A stretch of DNA of 64,000 bases from an uncultured Methanosarcinales archaeon (GTDB lineage Archaea; Nanobdellota; Nanobdellia; Woesearchaeales; UBA583). How positions within the stretch are numbered: the first letter of the stretch is position 1; each line of letters opens with the position of its first letter. The DNA is taken from contig CAYGPK010000002.1 in assembly GCA_964351975.1 (NCBI GenBank), forward strand, positions 88,772 to 152,771, in the 5' to 3' direction. Below the pieces are notes generated by a model. It was not told where the DNA came from, did not search any database, and worked only from the letters and a program-made list of their open reading frames with translations. Below, in pieces: positions 55,415 through 64,000 of this stretch. A program made the translations under genes and the position numbers.

Positions 55415-56182
55415 TTAACCAAACACAAATACAAATACTTCGTTAATCGCAATTTTAGCATAACCAATAAAAGGAACCCTTGCTATACTAACACCTATAA
55501 TTTTGTCTTCAATTATATCATTCTCAAAATTTTCAATTGATCTAGGGTTATGATCACCCTTAGTTCTAAAATGATATTTACCATCATCATCCATCCATTT
55601 ATCAACAATTCTATGAATAACTGGTCCTTTCTCAACAAAAAATCTCTCATCTTGTGGAATAAAAACTAAAACTTCACCAATTTCAATTTTAGATGGATCT
55701 TTTCCATATAATACCATAACATCACCGATATTAAGTCCATTTTTGTATTCAAATTCTCTAAATTCCTCAGAAGTCAAATTATAATTACTTTCATAGTAAT
55801 TGCCACAAAAACTCCACCACTCATCAAAATCTAAATTCTTTTTCTTAACATCCATAACATTAACATTACAAACATTTGAAAAAGAGTATGACTCTTTCAA
55901 ACAAGCTTTTTTAGTTCCCAAAAGTCCAAATAAAATATTTTTATCACCCACACTTGAACAAGAATAAGTTGGAACTATTTTATGCTCCATACTACCAGAT
56001 ACAATTGCAACAATGGGATAGTCATTATTTAAAATAAATCCTAGTCCTGGAAAAAGTAAAAACTTAATTACAACAAAGGCAACTGCAAAATTTAATACAT
56101 AAGATCCAAAAGAGTCATCATACCAAAGATAATTCCAAAACTTCTTTAGAAAAACTAAAATCTGTTCTAATTTTTTATTCAT
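55415..56182 (-). CDS. Signal peptidase I (S26B/Sec11-type) with a Cys-containing insertion
   Basis: VSGSMEHK (Ser box), VIHRIV (His box), TKGDHNP. N-terminal TM anchor. Confidence 0.8.
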   Translation of the reverse strand: MNKKLEQILVFLKKFWNYLWYDDSFGSYVLNFAVAFVVIKFLLFPGLGFILNNDYPIVAIVSGSMEHKIVPTYSCSSVGDKNILFGLLGTKKACLKESYSFSNVCNVNVMDVKKKNLDFDEWWSFCGNYYESNYNLTSEEFREFEYKNGLNIGDVMVLYGKDPSKIEIGEVLVFIPQDERFFVEKGPVIHRIVDKWMDDDGKYHFRTKGDHNPRSIENFENDIIEDKIIGVSIARVPFIGYAKIAINEVFVFVFG

Positions 56183-56194
56183 ACTTTAAAAAAC

Positions 56195-58957
56195 CTATTT
56201 CTTTTTATTATCTTTTCCCTTTTTATTCTTATAATAATTCTCGAAATCATCTGCATCCTTATCTATTGAGTTAGACTTCTTAGAAACATCTTCAAGTTCT
56301 TTGGATTTATTATAAAACTCATCAACATCTTTTTGAGAAATCTCTCCTTTCTTCTCACTCATGTGTGTATCTTCATATTTCTTAACCTTACCTTTACTAC
56401 TTCCTTCAAATTTGTCAAAAATATCACTTCCTTTCTTTAAAGTTCCATCTATAAACTCATTCAGTTTATTATAATTATGTTCATAACTATCTTTCTTTTC
56501 TGAACTCTTTGTTTTATTAAATAAAGACTTCTTATTAGAACTATTAGAAGAAGAACTATTATTACTAGATTTACTCCCTTTATTATCATCTTTAGGAACA
56601 ATTCCAAATTTCTCTAATTGCTCATCTAAATATCCTTTCCTATAAGCATAATAACTTCCCCCACCTAAACTTGCAAGAACAAATACAAGAGCAGCAATTA
56701 TTCCTAAAGCACCCCCACCAGAATTCGTTTCAGGTTTAAAATTTGAAGGAGTGAATGGGTCTATTTCCTGTTCTTCTTCAACTTCAAAAGTTACATTCTC
56801 AAAATTTTCAGTTATATTTTCATCTGGAGTTTCAAAATCAAAAAGAATTACTTTTTGAGCTGTAACTTCATTACCAACTCCATCTCTTCCTAAAGCACAA
56901 ATATAATTATAACCCTCAATTAAAACACTTGAATTTAAATCATATGTAATTGAAGGATTACACTCAATAGAAGTTTTTGCAAGTCCATATTTAATTAAAT
57001 TACACCCACTCTCCAAATCGAAACAAGAAATGGATACTCTATCCCCTAAATTATTAAAACTAATAACAGGATCTGTCAAATCAAATTTAACTATTTTCTC
57101 AAGAGTTGAACTATTAACATTAATTATACTTTGAACTTTAACACTAATTTTAGAAGCTGTTTTAAAATCTCCAGAAATTGAATCTGAATTAGAAGAAACA
57201 ACCTCTGTAACACTACCATTTTCTAAAAATACAGTAATATAATATTTTTCAATTGGTGTTAAAGATTCAACATCAAAGTCAAACCCAATGTTATTATAAC
57301 TTGAAACATAATTACTTCTAATTCCTGAATTTACAAAAGTTAAATTTGATAATTTAGGTCCATCTAAATCATAAACAACATTTAGTGAATCTGACCATAT
57401 CTCACCCTCTTTTTCACAATAAATATAAAACTTATTATCCCCAACTGAAAGTCCAGATGCTTGAAAACTTTTTTGTAATCCAGAACCTGAAAGTTCAGTT
57501 AAAGAATCAAAATCAGATGTTGATTTTTGACTAGAACTAAATCTACAAATAGACTCCTCACTAAGTACAACTGAAACATCAGTTGTTTGTAAATTTGTAT
57601 ATTTAGGATTAAAATCAACAACCTTAACACCATTTAAACTATCAACTTTTACACTTCTACTCTCTTTATCAATATTATATAAAACATCAAAACACTCAAA
57701 ATTAAAATTATAACTTCCATCACTTAATGATAAATCAAATTTATTATGATTAAGAAAATCAGAACTACTCAAATAAACATCAGAACCTCCTAAATTATAT
57801 TTACAAACAGCGCCAGAACTAGTTTTTACATTTACATCAAATAAATTAGAACTTACTAAAGAATTTGGTAAAATCAAATCAATATTAACTGGATTACCAT
57901 TATATTTTTTAATATTAATCAGTCCAGGAATATTCATCTCTTTTGATAAATAAACAACATCATCAGGATAAATTGGATTTTGACAAGCAACCCAAATCTT
58001 TGAATTAAGAACATTCATAGATGCACTATGTGTTAAACCATTGGAAGAGTCCATTTTAGTTTTTTGTGATACATCATAAATTTCCCTAAATGAAAGTAAA
58101 CTCGTTGAATAATAACAAGTAGAAAATTTTGAGGTCCTAACTGTTAATTTATATTCATCATCAGAAACATAAATTGTATTTGCAAAAAACTCTCTAAAGT
58201 TTTTATCAAAAAAATAATTCAAATTACTATCTTCTTTTTTAGTAACTAAACTAACAGTTAAATCAGAATTTCTAAATAAAATATCAAAATTTGAAATACC
58301 TTTATTTAAAGCTAAATCTACATACTCAACACTTAAAATATTTCCACCTTCTTTAAGTTTAGATAAATCAACTAAATATTCAAAATTATTAAAATAATCT
58401 TCTTCAAAAGAACTAGGATTACTAAAAGATTTTACAGTAACCCCATTTAGTTTAATATTATAAGATAACAGATTTTCATTAAATCTAAATTTAATTACTT
58501 TATCAAAAGTATTAATATTAATTCCTAAATCAACAGACGGAGAATATAATTTTGGAACTTCTTTATCAACAATAATTTCAAAATTAGTAGGATCACCAAG
58601 TGGAGTTATTTGCTTATCATCAAAACCAATAGCATCTAAACTAAAAAATATCTCATCTGAACTAGTTAAATTTAAAACACCAAAATCTACACTTGAAATA
58701 AAACCATAATCTAAACTATCACCAACTCCTAGAAAATCATTAATTTCTTTAATATTATCAATTGAATTAACATTCAAATTAGCACTCTGAATTCTAACAG
58801 GTTCATTAGGACTCTCAATTGATAAATTAATCCCAGGATCAGAATTTGAAACATAATACAGATAATTTGAATTTCTATCATAAACTCCTATTGAAAAAAC
58901 CAAATTTGTTAAAAAAAATAATACCAAAATATATACAATTGATTTTCGATACATCAT
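56195..58957 (-). CDS. Type I membrane surface protein (920 aa): signal, beta-rich ectodomain, TM, K/S/N-rich cytoplasmic tail
   Basis: Signal IVYILVLFFLTNLVFS. TM segment GGGALGIIAALVFVLASLGGGSYYAY. ~190-aa charged tail. Confidence 0.75.
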   Translation of the reverse strand: MMYRKSIVYILVLFFLTNLVFSIGVYDRNSNYLYYVSNSDPGINLSIESPNEPVRIQSANLNVNSIDNIKEINDFLGVGDSLDYGFISSVDFGVLNLTSSDEIFFSLDAIGFDDKQITPLGDPTNFEIIVDKEVPKLYSPSVDLGININTFDKVIKFRFNENLLSYNIKLNGVTVKSFSNPSSFEEDYFNNFEYLVDLSKLKEGGNILSVEYVDLALNKGISNFDILFRNSDLTVSLVTKKEDSNLNYFFDKNFREFFANTIYVSDDEYKLTVRTSKFSTCYYSTSLLSFREIYDVSQKTKMDSSNGLTHSASMNVLNSKIWVACQNPIYPDDVVYLSKEMNIPGLINIKKYNGNPVNIDLILPNSLVSSNLFDVNVKTSSGAVCKYNLGGSDVYLSSSDFLNHNKFDLSLSDGSYNFNFECFDVLYNIDKESRSVKVDSLNGVKVVDFNPKYTNLQTTDVSVVLSEESICRFSSSQKSTSDFDSLTELSGSGLQKSFQASGLSVGDNKFYIYCEKEGEIWSDSLNVVYDLDGPKLSNLTFVNSGIRSNYVSSYNNIGFDFDVESLTPIEKYYITVFLENGSVTEVVSSNSDSISGDFKTASKISVKVQSIINVNSSTLEKIVKFDLTDPVISFNNLGDRVSISCFDLESGCNLIKYGLAKTSIECNPSITYDLNSSVLIEGYNYICALGRDGVGNEVTAQKVILFDFETPDENITENFENVTFEVEEEQEIDPFTPSNFKPETNSGGGALGIIAALVFVLASLGGGSYYAYRKGYLDEQLEKFGIVPKDDNKGSKSSNNSSSSNSSNKKSLFNKTKSSEKKDSYEHNYNKLNEFIDGTLKKGSDIFDKFEGSSKGKVKKYEDTHMSEKKGEISQKDVDEFYNKSKELEDVSKKSNSIDKDADDFENYYKNKKGKDNKKK

Positions 58958-59011
58958 TGATAAAAATTCACAAAAAAATAATTTAAAATAATGTAAACAC
59001 TAATTAGTGGG

Positions 59012-59632
59012 TTACCTATAGTAAAGTGCAAGTTCAAGCTCAACATTTCTCTGTGATGTTGCCCAAGTAACCAAACCTGATGTTGCTTTTTTATAACTTA
59101 AACCTCGATAATTTTCAAAATCAACTTTATCTCCACGAAATTCTATTTCACCAAAATTAGTTATAGTTACATTACTTAATAAAGAATTAGAATTACTAGG
59201 CAAATCAATATTTAACACAAAAGGAATAGAACCAACAAGAGCATTAGATGAATCTGAGTTATTATAAATTTCGTGCAAACTTTCATTTAAAATATCTAAA
59301 GCATATTCACAAGACTTAACTTCAAAAGTTGAAAAACTACACTCGATTGTAGGATCATTTCCTGAATAGGTGTAATCCAAACAATAATTTATCAAATCTT
59401 GAACGGTATCTTTTCCATTCTCAACTATACAGCCAGTACTAATTCCCAAAATTGTATCAAGTGATCTTTGTGCAAGTATTTCATATTCAGCTTCTCTTTG
59501 AGAAAGTTCATCACGATTCGGACTAAGAGATTTAATCTGAGAATAAACTAAAACACCAACAATAATTACAACAAATAAAAGGGCAATTCCGAAAATTTCT
59601 CCCTGAGATTTATTTTTAAAAAAACAATTCAT
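59012..59632 (-). CDS. Class III signal peptide (type IV pilin-like) protein
   Basis: MNCFFKNKSQG/EIFGIALLFVVIIVGVLVYSQ. Cys-containing globular domain. Confidence 0.55.
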   Translation of the reverse strand: MNCFFKNKSQGEIFGIALLFVVIIVGVLVYSQIKSLSPNRDELSQREAEYEILAQRSLDTILGISTGCIVENGKDTVQDLINYCLDYTYSGNDPTIECSFSTFEVKSCEYALDILNESLHEIYNNSDSSNALVGSIPFVLNIDLPSNSNSLLSNVTITNFGEIEFRGDKVDFENYRGLSYKKATSGLVTWATSQRNVELELALYYR

Positions 59633-59653
59633 ATATTATATATAACATAAAGT

Positions 59654-59661
59654 TTTATAAA
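59654..59661. promoter_or_regulatory. Single palindromic TATA box (TTTATAAA) shared by divergent genes
   Basis: Exactly 21 nt from the ATG at 59632 (minus strand) and 21 nt from the ATG at 59683 (plus strand), in a 50-nt spacer. Confidence 0.55.
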
Positions 59662-59682
59662 TCTTAATAATAAAATTTAACT

Positions 59683-61665
59683 ATGAGAAAACAAATATTA
59701 GTTTTAATCTTTATTTTAATTGGATTACAAACAATAATTTTTGCACAAGATGATAATACTAATTCTTACGAGTATCTAAAACTTAAAATTAATCAAGAAA
59801 TTGAATTTCAAATTAATTTTGAAAATGAATATAATGTAAATACATTTAATGTCTATTCTTATTTCTTTCCACAAACTTTTGAAAATGCACAATCTCTTAA
59901 TTCATTTACTTCTAATCTACAAAATTATAACTTAATCAAAATTGATGAAATTCCCCATTTGAAATATAATTTTGATAAGTCCAATCTTAAAACCTCAAAT
60001 AAAATTTCAAATGAATTCATAATTGAGAGTATAGTTAACAGACCTAAAATAACAGAAAAAGTAGAATATCCACTTTCCAAAGAAAATAAAGATAAATATC
60101 AAAAATATCTGGAATACTCGTCATTAATTGATATTGATGATGATATTAAAACTCAAGCATCAAATCTTGCAAAAGGTGAAGATGACGTTTATATAATTGC
60201 AAGTAAAGTTGCTAAATGGATAATTGAAGATGTAGATTATGATTTATCATCAGTACTTGCAAATCCAAATCAAAAATCTTCAGAAGTATTTAAATCTAAA
60301 AATGGAGTTTGTAAAGAAATTACTAATTTATATATATCAATGATGAGAAGCCTCGGAATTCCAACAAGAGTTGTTACAGGATATTCTTATACAACCTCAG
60401 AAGAATTAATTGATTTTGTAGGAAGTAGTTGGGGAGGACATGCTTGGGCTGAAGTATTAATAGGTGATACTTGGGTTCCATTTGATTTAACATATAATCA
60501 ATATGGATTTGTTGACTCAACACATATAATAACAGATAAGTTCACTGAAATAAGAGGTAGAAGTGCTCAAATTAATGCCACAGGCTATGGATTTAAAATA
60601 ACTCCAAACTCTCTTAAAACAGATACAGAATTTGAGATTATTGATTCAAGAGATATACCATTTAATCCAGGATTTGAAATTACTTTAAGTGGACACGATA
60701 AATTAGGTTTTAATAGTTATGGATATATTGAAGTGAATGCACATAATACTGAAAATTTTTATCAATTACTATTTTTAAATATAAATAATAAATTTAAAAA
60801 TGGTGATGGAACAATTACTGAAATTGAATTATTAGACTCTTCTGAAAAAATGCTTGTTTTCAAACCAAATGAAAAAAAGACAACTTATTTCAGATTTAAA
60901 ATCCCAGAAATTGATGAAGGATATACATATACATTTCCAATTACTATATATAATCAGTTTGTAAAAAAAGAATTTAATTTGAAAGTTGATAAAGACTCAC
61001 CAGTAATTAAAAAAATTGGACTGCCAGAAGAAGAAATTGAAAATAAATCTCTATCAAATAACAAATTAGACTTTGATTGTAATTATATAATAAAAGAAAT
61101 AACAAACTCAATTATTTGCTCAGTTGCAAATTATAATAATTACGAGATAACTAATCTGAAAATCTGTCAAGAAGAAAATTGTCAAAGTTTATATTTAAAA
61201 CTAAATGAAGTTCAATCTTTCAAGTTTGAAACAGAAAATTTAGAAGAAACAATTAAATTCAGTTATAATAATGAAAGTGGGAAGTTAAAAATTGGAGCAG
61301 TTATTCCTAAAATTCAAATAATAACTAAAAAATTAAGTTATGATAATACTAATAAGAATAATGTTTTAGGAATTGAGTATGATATTAATGACTCAATTGA
61401 AAATCTAGTATTAGAAGTTCTATTAAATGATGAAATAATTAAATTAAATTCTGTTCCTGAAGAAAAGAAATTACAAATTAATTTAAATGAAGGAAACAAC
61501 TCAATAACTATGAATCTAAAAATTGGTGATAAAATTCTAGATAATAAATTTTTAAATTATGAAATAACCAAAGAAGATATTAAAAATTTAAAAAAAGAAA
61601 ATACTAAAAATTTAAATTTCTTTGAAAAAATTTTATACTACATCACTAATTTTATTACCTTTTAA
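59683..61665 (+). CDS. Secreted transglutaminase-like (Cys-His-Asp core) protein
   Basis: Signal ILVLIFILIGLQTIIFA. NGVCKEITNLYISMMRSLGIPTRVVTGY....GGHAWAEVLIGDTWVPFDLT. Confidence 0.8.
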   Translation: MRKQILVLIFILIGLQTIIFAQDDNTNSYEYLKLKINQEIEFQINFENEYNVNTFNVYSYFFPQTFENAQSLNSFTSNLQNYNLIKIDEIPHLKYNFDKSNLKTSNKISNEFIIESIVNRPKITEKVEYPLSKENKDKYQKYLEYSSLIDIDDDIKTQASNLAKGEDDVYIIASKVAKWIIEDVDYDLSSVLANPNQKSSEVFKSKNGVCKEITNLYISMMRSLGIPTRVVTGYSYTTSEELIDFVGSSWGGHAWAEVLIGDTWVPFDLTYNQYGFVDSTHIITDKFTEIRGRSAQINATGYGFKITPNSLKTDTEFEIIDSRDIPFNPGFEITLSGHDKLGFNSYGYIEVNAHNTENFYQLLFLNINNKFKNGDGTITEIELLDSSEKMLVFKPNEKKTTYFRFKIPEIDEGYTYTFPITIYNQFVKKEFNLKVDKDSPVIKKIGLPEEEIENKSLSNNKLDFDCNYIIKEITNSIICSVANYNNYEITNLKICQEENCQSLYLKLNEVQSFKFETENLEETIKFSYNNESGKLKIGAVIPKIQIITKKLSYDNTNKNNVLGIEYDINDSIENLVLEVLLNDEIIKLNSVPEEKKLQINLNEGNNSITMNLKIGDKILDNKFLNYEITKEDIKNLKKENTKNLNFFEKILYYITNFITF

Positions 61666-61666
61666 A

Positions 61667-62737
61667 ATGGAAGAAATAAAAAAATTAGTTGATGAATTGC
61701 ACAAGTTTCAAAGTGAAAAAGATATTGAAAACGAAATAAAAACTTTATTTAAAATCTCAAATCTTTATTACATAGAAAAAGATTATGATAAGTCCAATCG
61801 TACTTTAAAACAAATATTAAATTTACAAAAAAATATTACAAAAGTTAATTACTATATTGCAATAAATTACTTAAATCTAAATGATCTACTAGAAGGTCAA
61901 AAATATTTAAAAAAAGAAATTCAAATTGATTCAAATAATGTGAAAGCAAAGATATTACTAGAAAAATTATATGTCAGATCAAATATTCCTATTGCTACAA
62001 TATTAATTTTCGTTTTAATTTTAATTTGCTATTTTGTTATTGGAAATGAATTTGAATCAATTTTAAGGTATACAATAAGTTCTTATAACTTCAATATATT
62101 TACAGCAGTAACGAGTAATTTTATTCATTTAAATATTTATCATTTACTCTTAAATGTAATAATGCTATTAATTTTTGGAATTCATTTAGAAAAATATATA
62201 GGATCATTAAAATTTGCTTTAATCTTCTTTTTAGGAGGAATAATTGGAAATATGATTCAATCACTATTAATTCCAGGATCTTTTATTCTAGGAGCAAGTA
62301 GCGCAATATTTGCAATTATAGGAAGTGTTGTAATGCGTGAACCACTTATGAAAATTAATTTACTTTTCATATTTAGAATTCCAATAATTCTAGTATTTAG
62401 TATTGTATTTTTATTACAAGAATTAGTTAATGTATTTTTTACAAATTTGAGTTTAACAAATGCCAATATTGCACATTTATTTGGATTTCTAACCGGTATG
62501 TTAATAACAGGCTTATTCTTTAAAGATACAATCAAAACATTTTATAATTGGCTTGCTATTGCATTTGGGTTTTGGATTTTTATTAATTCAATTACTAAAT
62601 TAAGCTTTATAAATTCACAAGAGAGTATATTGTATATGTCATTTGCATTAATAGGACTATTTATAGTAATATACTCTTATGTGAAATTAACTTATAGTGA
62701 TAGAAATGTAATCAGAGGTGATAAAAATGAAAATTAA
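61667..62737 (+). CDS. Rhomboid-family intramembrane serine protease with an N-terminal TPR-like region
   Basis: HLLLNVIMLLIFG (HxxxN), GASSAIFAIIG (GxSx), AHLFGFLTG. Start set at the ATG 1 nt after the upstream stop. Confidence 0.8.
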   Translation: MEEIKKLVDELHKFQSEKDIENEIKTLFKISNLYYIEKDYDKSNRTLKQILNLQKNITKVNYYIAINYLNLNDLLEGQKYLKKEIQIDSNNVKAKILLEKLYVRSNIPIATILIFVLILICYFVIGNEFESILRYTISSYNFNIFTAVTSNFIHLNIYHLLLNVIMLLIFGIHLEKYIGSLKFALIFFLGGIIGNMIQSLLIPGSFILGASSAIFAIIGSVVMREPLMKINLLFIFRIPIILVFSIVFLLQELVNVFFTNLSLTNANIAHLFGFLTGMLITGLFFKDTIKTFYNWLAIAFGFWIFINSITKLSFINSQESILYMSFALIGLFIVIYSYVKLTYSDRNVIRGDKNEN

Positions 62738-63215
62738 TCTAACTGAAATAATAATTACTATAATAACTATCATATTAGTTTTTAGTATTAGTTTTTATCA
62801 AACATCTCAAGTTGAACCTGGTAATATTTGTAGTCAAGATTTAAATTGTATAATCAAATTAATAGATAATAAAGAAAATAATTCTAATTACTGTCAATCT
62901 GCAAAAGAACCAACATCTTGTTATTCAACAATTGCATTTACAATAAATTCTAAATTTTGTAATAACACAACTAACTCATCTAAATGTTTTGAAAATAATG
63001 CTGTTTTAAAAGAAAACATCAGTCTTTGTGAATTTACCAACAATTATGATAATTGTATCTTTCAAATTGCTTCAAATTCAAACAAAGCAATCATTTGTGA
63101 ACACAGTGAAAATATAGATAGATGTTATTATTCATATGCTCTCGCATTAAAAAGTAAGTCATTATGTGATAAAGCAAATACTCTAAAAGAATTATGCTTA
63201 AGTAAATTAGAATAA
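62727..63215 (+). CDS. Membrane-anchored Cys-repeat protein
   Basis: N-terminal TM segment IIITIITIILVFSISF. Recurring C-x6-9-C pairs (~24-aa periodicity). Overlaps the rhomboid gene by 11 nt. Confidence 0.5.
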   Translation: MKINLTEIIITIITIILVFSISFYQTSQVEPGNICSQDLNCIIKLIDNKENNSNYCQSAKEPTSCYSTIAFTINSKFCNNTTNSSKCFENNAVLKENISLCEFTNNYDNCIFQIASNSNKAIICEHSENIDRCYYSYALALKSKSLCDKANTLKELCLSKLE

Positions 63216-63239
63216 TAAATTTAATTAAATCTTTGATAT

Positions 63240-63896
63240 TTAAAATCCACTAAGTAAATCTTTAATAGCAAATTTTACATCTTTTGCTTTAACAACACCA
63301 GATGCAACAAGAATTCCTTTAGCACCTAATTTAATAGAAGCCCTAACATCATTTCCATTTTTAACGCCAGCTCCAACTAAAAGAGGAATTCTGCCGACTG
63401 CTTTAACTGAATCAGAAATTAAACTGGGTTTTGCACTTGAAATTGAAATATCACCCCCAATAAGCTCTTTTGGTTCAACTGCAATATAATCAGGTTTAAA
63501 TTTGGCAATCTCTTTTGCAACCTTTGAATTTCTAGCGCAAACACAACTCTCAAGCTTTAATTTCTTACAAATTTTAATTCTCTGCTCTATCTCTGATAAC
63601 TTTAAAATATGCTCACTATGACTAATTAAAGAGCCAACAGCACCAACATCTTTAACAAACTTAGGTATAACATAACCAGTATAAGCTCCAGATTCAAAAG
63701 TATCTATATGCTGAGAATAAATCTTAACCTTACTTTTAACTAAGTCTTTTAAATCAATAGAATTTGAACAAAGGATAATCTCAACATTTTTCTTTTTAGC
63801 ATCTTTTTCTAAACTTTTAACTATTTTTGCAATCTTTAAAGCATTAGCACCAAAAGATTCATCATAATTTTTTAAATTAATAATTAATTTGTACAT
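63240..63896 (-). CDS. tpiA: Triosephosphate isomerase (short archaeal type)
   Basis: INLKNY, GSLISHSEH, AVEPKELIGG, VGAGV. TTTATAAA (63918..63925) lies 21 nt upstream. Confidence 0.9.
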   Translation of the reverse strand: MYKLIINLKNYDESFGANALKIAKIVKSLEKDAKKKNVEIILCSNSIDLKDLVKSKVKIYSQHIDTFESGAYTGYVIPKFVKDVGAVGSLISHSEHILKLSEIEQRIKICKKLKLESCVCARNSKVAKEIAKFKPDYIAVEPKELIGGDISISSAKPSLISDSVKAVGRIPLLVGAGVKNGNDVRASIKLGAKGILVASGVVKAKDVKFAIKDLLSGF

Positions 63897-64000
63897 ACCA
63901 TAAAAGTAAATTCTATATTTATAAAACTTTATCTAAACTAAAAATCACAACTATATAACAGTAAATAAACAATATATACACGTTTAATTATGAAATCACT

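Noticed and set aside
1-64000. CRISPR arrays, tRNA genes, IS elements, integrases, and 16S/23S rRNA genes.
   Set aside because: I scanned the intergenic spacers (all under ~400 nt) and the long ORFs. There are no regularly spaced direct repeats and no cloverleaf-sized G+C islands other than 5S. I saw no transposase, integrase or reverse transcriptase motifs.

Overview
Strongly AT-rich, very gene-dense archaeal chromosome fragment. Archaeal markers: r-proteins eS27 and eL37, RNAP subunit D, a class I CCA-adding enzyme, archaeal-type TIM and TrpRS. Many genes have a palindromic TTTATAAA TATA box 21-22 nt from the ATG, which implies leaderless mRNAs. Gene content suggests a small-genome DPANN-type archaeon (inference only): few metabolic genes, only the catalytic half of AlaRS, an orphan 5S rRNA gene, and many huge secreted or pilin-like proteins. 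Housekeeping content: the rps13-rps4-rps11-rpoD-rpl13-rps9-rps27e operon, CDC48, CysRS, TrpRS, AlaRS N-half, SBDS, RNase HI, TrhO, malic enzyme, class I aldolase, TIM, glutaredoxin, ZPR1, CCA enzyme, a SNF2 helicase, a HerA-like ATPase, signal peptidase I and a rhomboid protease. There are also two putative toxin-antitoxin loci (RelE-like; wHTH-MNT/HEPN). The most unusual content is a surface-protein repertoire. At least five proteins carry class III (type IV pilin-like) signal peptides, and two of these are very large, with lectin-type ectodomains (LamG x2 + SPRY; duplicated, apparently permuted discoidin modules). Two A24 prepilin peptidase homologues are present, but no pilus ATPase or platform gene is in the window. 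Several giant signal-peptide proteins are also present, one with a long glycine-rich block. The best candidate for an undescribed system is the 46239..53327 cluster: a pilin-headed LamG/SPRY giant followed by two secreted Cys-rich proteins. All family assignments come from motif recognition by eye. No database search was run.
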